A DNA stretch of 64,000 nt from Octopus vulgaris (Eukaryota), in assembly GCA_951406725.2 (NCBI GenBank), contig OX597836.1, forward strand, positions 17,918,001 to 17,982,000, written 5' to 3'. Position 1 is the first letter of the stretch; every line of letters starts with the position of its first letter. The notes beneath the pieces were generated by a model. It did not search any database. It saw only the letters and a list, made by a program, of their open reading frames with translations, and had not been told where the DNA came from. The translations under genes and the position numbers were made by a program. Positions 61,241-64,000 of this stretch are shown in pieces.

Positions 61241-61676
61241 GTACTCTCAAGCCAAATCCAAATACAGGTATATCTAAAATTAGATCGTCCGAGTCAAGTT
61301 TTTTTTCGATTTTATGTTTTAATAAAGAAATAAAGATATTAATTAAAAAATAAGCCTCAACTTCAGTTAATTTATCTGACTTCACGTCAGTCACAGCCAG
61401 TGCATTTAAAAGCATAGCAATTTTTAAAAAAATTCTTAAAAGCCAATACTGAAATGAAAAATCAAATAGAAGACCTGTGCAATGTTCAAGCCATTTAGTG
61501 AAAATTAATATAATTTAAAATGGTTTTTCCTATTGCGACGTTTTTCGAGTTAAATCGAATCAATTTGGAATCAATTTTTGACGTAAGTTGACGTATGTCT
61601 ATTAAAAAAAACAAACAAACAAAAAAAACCAAGCACATTGATGTGGGTAATGAGGGAAACGGTATATCTGAACAGT

Positions 61677-61998
61677 GAGGGCGCGTGGCTTAGTGGTTAG
61701 GGCATTCGGCTCATGATCGTAAGGTTATGAGTTCGATTCCCGGCGACGCGTTGTGTCCTTGAGCAAGACACTTTATTTCACGTTGCTCCAGTCCACTCAG
61801 CTGGCAAAAATGAGTTGTACTTGTATTTTCAAAGGGTCAGCCTTGTCACTCTCTGTGTCACGCCGATTATCCCCGAGAACTACGTTAAGGGTACACGTGT
61901 CTGTGGAATGCTCAGCCATTTGCACGTTAATTTCACGAGCAAGCTGTTCCGTTGATCGTATCAGCTGGGACCCTCGTCGTCGTAACCGGCGGAGTCTT
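61677..61998 (+). mobile_element. CORE-type tRNA SINE (OR2-like) sharing the family A tail
   Basis: A box TGGCTTAGTGG, B box GTTCGATTCC, CORE-like TGTGTCCTTGAGCAAGACACTT; 3' ~185 bp match family A. Confidence 0.85.
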
Positions 61999-63236
61999 GC
62001 ATTAAAAAAACAAACAAACAAAAAAAACCAAGCACATTGATGTGGGTAATGAGGGAAATGGTTTATCTGAAAATGACGAGATGGTTACGGTTGAGATCTT
62101 TTGGGTTATAAATTTCTGTTCAGTCAGGGATGGCTTAGAAGTATGCCTTAACAATCAGGCAGCTTTTAAATAAAAACGAGATTTTCATGAACTGATTTTT
62201 TTTGCAAACAACTTTCCGATGCAAGTGTTGCCAGTTGAAAACTCTGCATACCAGATGCTACGAAGCTTATGGGGTCATCGGGAGAGAATGTGCGCCGTTT
62301 CGGGGCCTTCCTCTCGAGATATGTCCCCGCTGGCTAGAACAACTGGTTACTAGTTTTTGCCCCATATTCTTTTAGCCATTGCTCATCGTCTCTTTTTTTA
62401 ACCAAATTCACTGGCTTGCTTTCGTCTCTGTTGCCTTGATATCACTCATGTTGGTATTTGTTTTACTTTAAATTGAAAATGAATTTTTAATCGCATGATT
62501 TTACGGTTTTCCAGAATAGATTTACAGAAATACAACTATGCAGGGAGTACTTGTTTAACACCAGGACAGTCCTAGTTGCGCATACGTATATTCAAATACA
62601 TTTCAACCACGATCAGTTCCTTTTTCAAAAATTTACTTTAAATGTGTTTTCTGTTTAAGAAAAGTATAGCCGCAATTTGTAGCAAGTCAAGCAACTACAG
62701 ACAATCTTGCCACTCTCATTCGTATTCATTCGTATTCACATATGATATCCTATGTGTCAAGAAGATATAGATAAAAATCATTCCTAAGACATAGAGACTC
62801 ATAGGTACGGTTTTCCGGTTTCCATGGCATATATATTGCCCAAGCGGGGCTTAATAAGGTTGTGATTACGATTCCTGGACCGGGCGAAACACTTCATTTC
62901 ACATATGATCTTGTGCAACTCACTTAATTTCACATTGCTCTAATTCACTCAGGTAGGGTCGGGGCGGAATATATAGCCACAGTATCTTGGAAGTCGGCCT
63001 TATCAGAGTATATGACTTGGGAAGGGTCGCTATGGTTATCCTCTACACACATAGCGCATAACTAATTCATAGGACACGTGGCTGATCTATGGTCTGACAC
63101 AATAACATATATTACTCACCGACTAAACCAAATCATCATTCAAAAGATTAGCTGAGTCCTTTTCCTTTCCTGTGTATCATATGTTATACATAGCACATAT
63201 TTCACCGACAGTTTATATATATATATATATATATAT

Positions 63237-63434
63237 CTGGAACTAGTCGCCATGATAGATCGTTAGCCACTACACACATTTTTTTCTCTCCTTGTTTTTT
63301 TCTGTGTACCTTTCTGTAGAAGAGCGTAGGCTCGAAACGTAAAAGATTTTTTTTCTATTCCTGAGCGTTATACTAATACATCTGTTTGTTTTGTACACCA
63401 CATGTCTTCGTCTTTTGTTTGTTTCGTAAACTCT

Positions 63435-63437
<3 letters not shown>
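63237..63437 (+). mobile_element. ~200-bp (TA)n-embedded mini element with a minimal hammerhead-like motif at 63310-63345
   Basis: CUUU CUGUAGA A GAGC-GUAG-GCUC GAAA CG UA^AAAG (A6 replaced by U). Confidence 0.7.
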
Positions 63438-63520
<83 letters not shown>

Positions 63521-64000
63521 TATATACTGATGTATATATGATATACGTACTCAGCTTTTTCGACTATCAGAGTAAGTCGTGCCTTATGAAAGAAAATCTT
63601 TCTGTTACACAGAACTTATGTAACAAGGGCTGAGTGAAAGCATGGATATTTAGGACAATCTTATGGAAATGATTTGGGCAGGCAAACGGTTAATATTGGC
63701 ACACTTCCACACAACACATTATTGTTTATTTGGCAAGCAAGCAAGGTAATGTGAAGCAATCGCTTACGTCAACCACCAGCCGTTTAACCAACAACAATAC
63801 ATACAAGAATTGTTGTTGCTATCGTTGTTGTGATAGTGGTTATTATGCTGATTGTTATGTGTGCTGTTGCTGTTGTGGTTATTGCTATTGTTGTTGTTGT
63901 TTTCGTTGTAGAAAGTACTAGAAATATAACTGCTTGGAAGACAATTATTTACGATTCTCAAAACATTTGGATTATCTCTTTCTCTCCTCCTGCGACCGCA

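Overview
AT-rich eukaryotic intergenic or intronic DNA made almost entirely of microsatellites and transposable-element remnants. The SINE types and microsatellite load suggest an Octopus-like cephalopod genome (inference). No host protein-coding gene can be called with confidence, and most ORFs in the supplied track are microsatellite artefacts. The window holds three tRNA-headed SINE families, non-autonomous Helitrons plus Helitron helicase remnants, a full-length decayed Tc1 element, mariner/maT/hAT remnants, a decayed Ty3/Gypsy pol, RTE and R4/Dong LINE fragments, and Penelope-like element (PLE) pieces. The strongest hidden signal is a set of about nine type-I hammerhead ribozyme motifs with palindromic stem III. 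Two look intact (19076-19120 and 49724-49811, minus strand), and several have unusually long stem II. Most sit in short PLE-terminal, retrozyme-like units inside (TA)n tracts, including a 454-bp palindrome with two divergent hammerheads. Other oddities are SINE multimers with a fixed junction inside a single TSD, a staircase of partial SINE ends, a 72-bp flanking duplication and a fold-back inversion.
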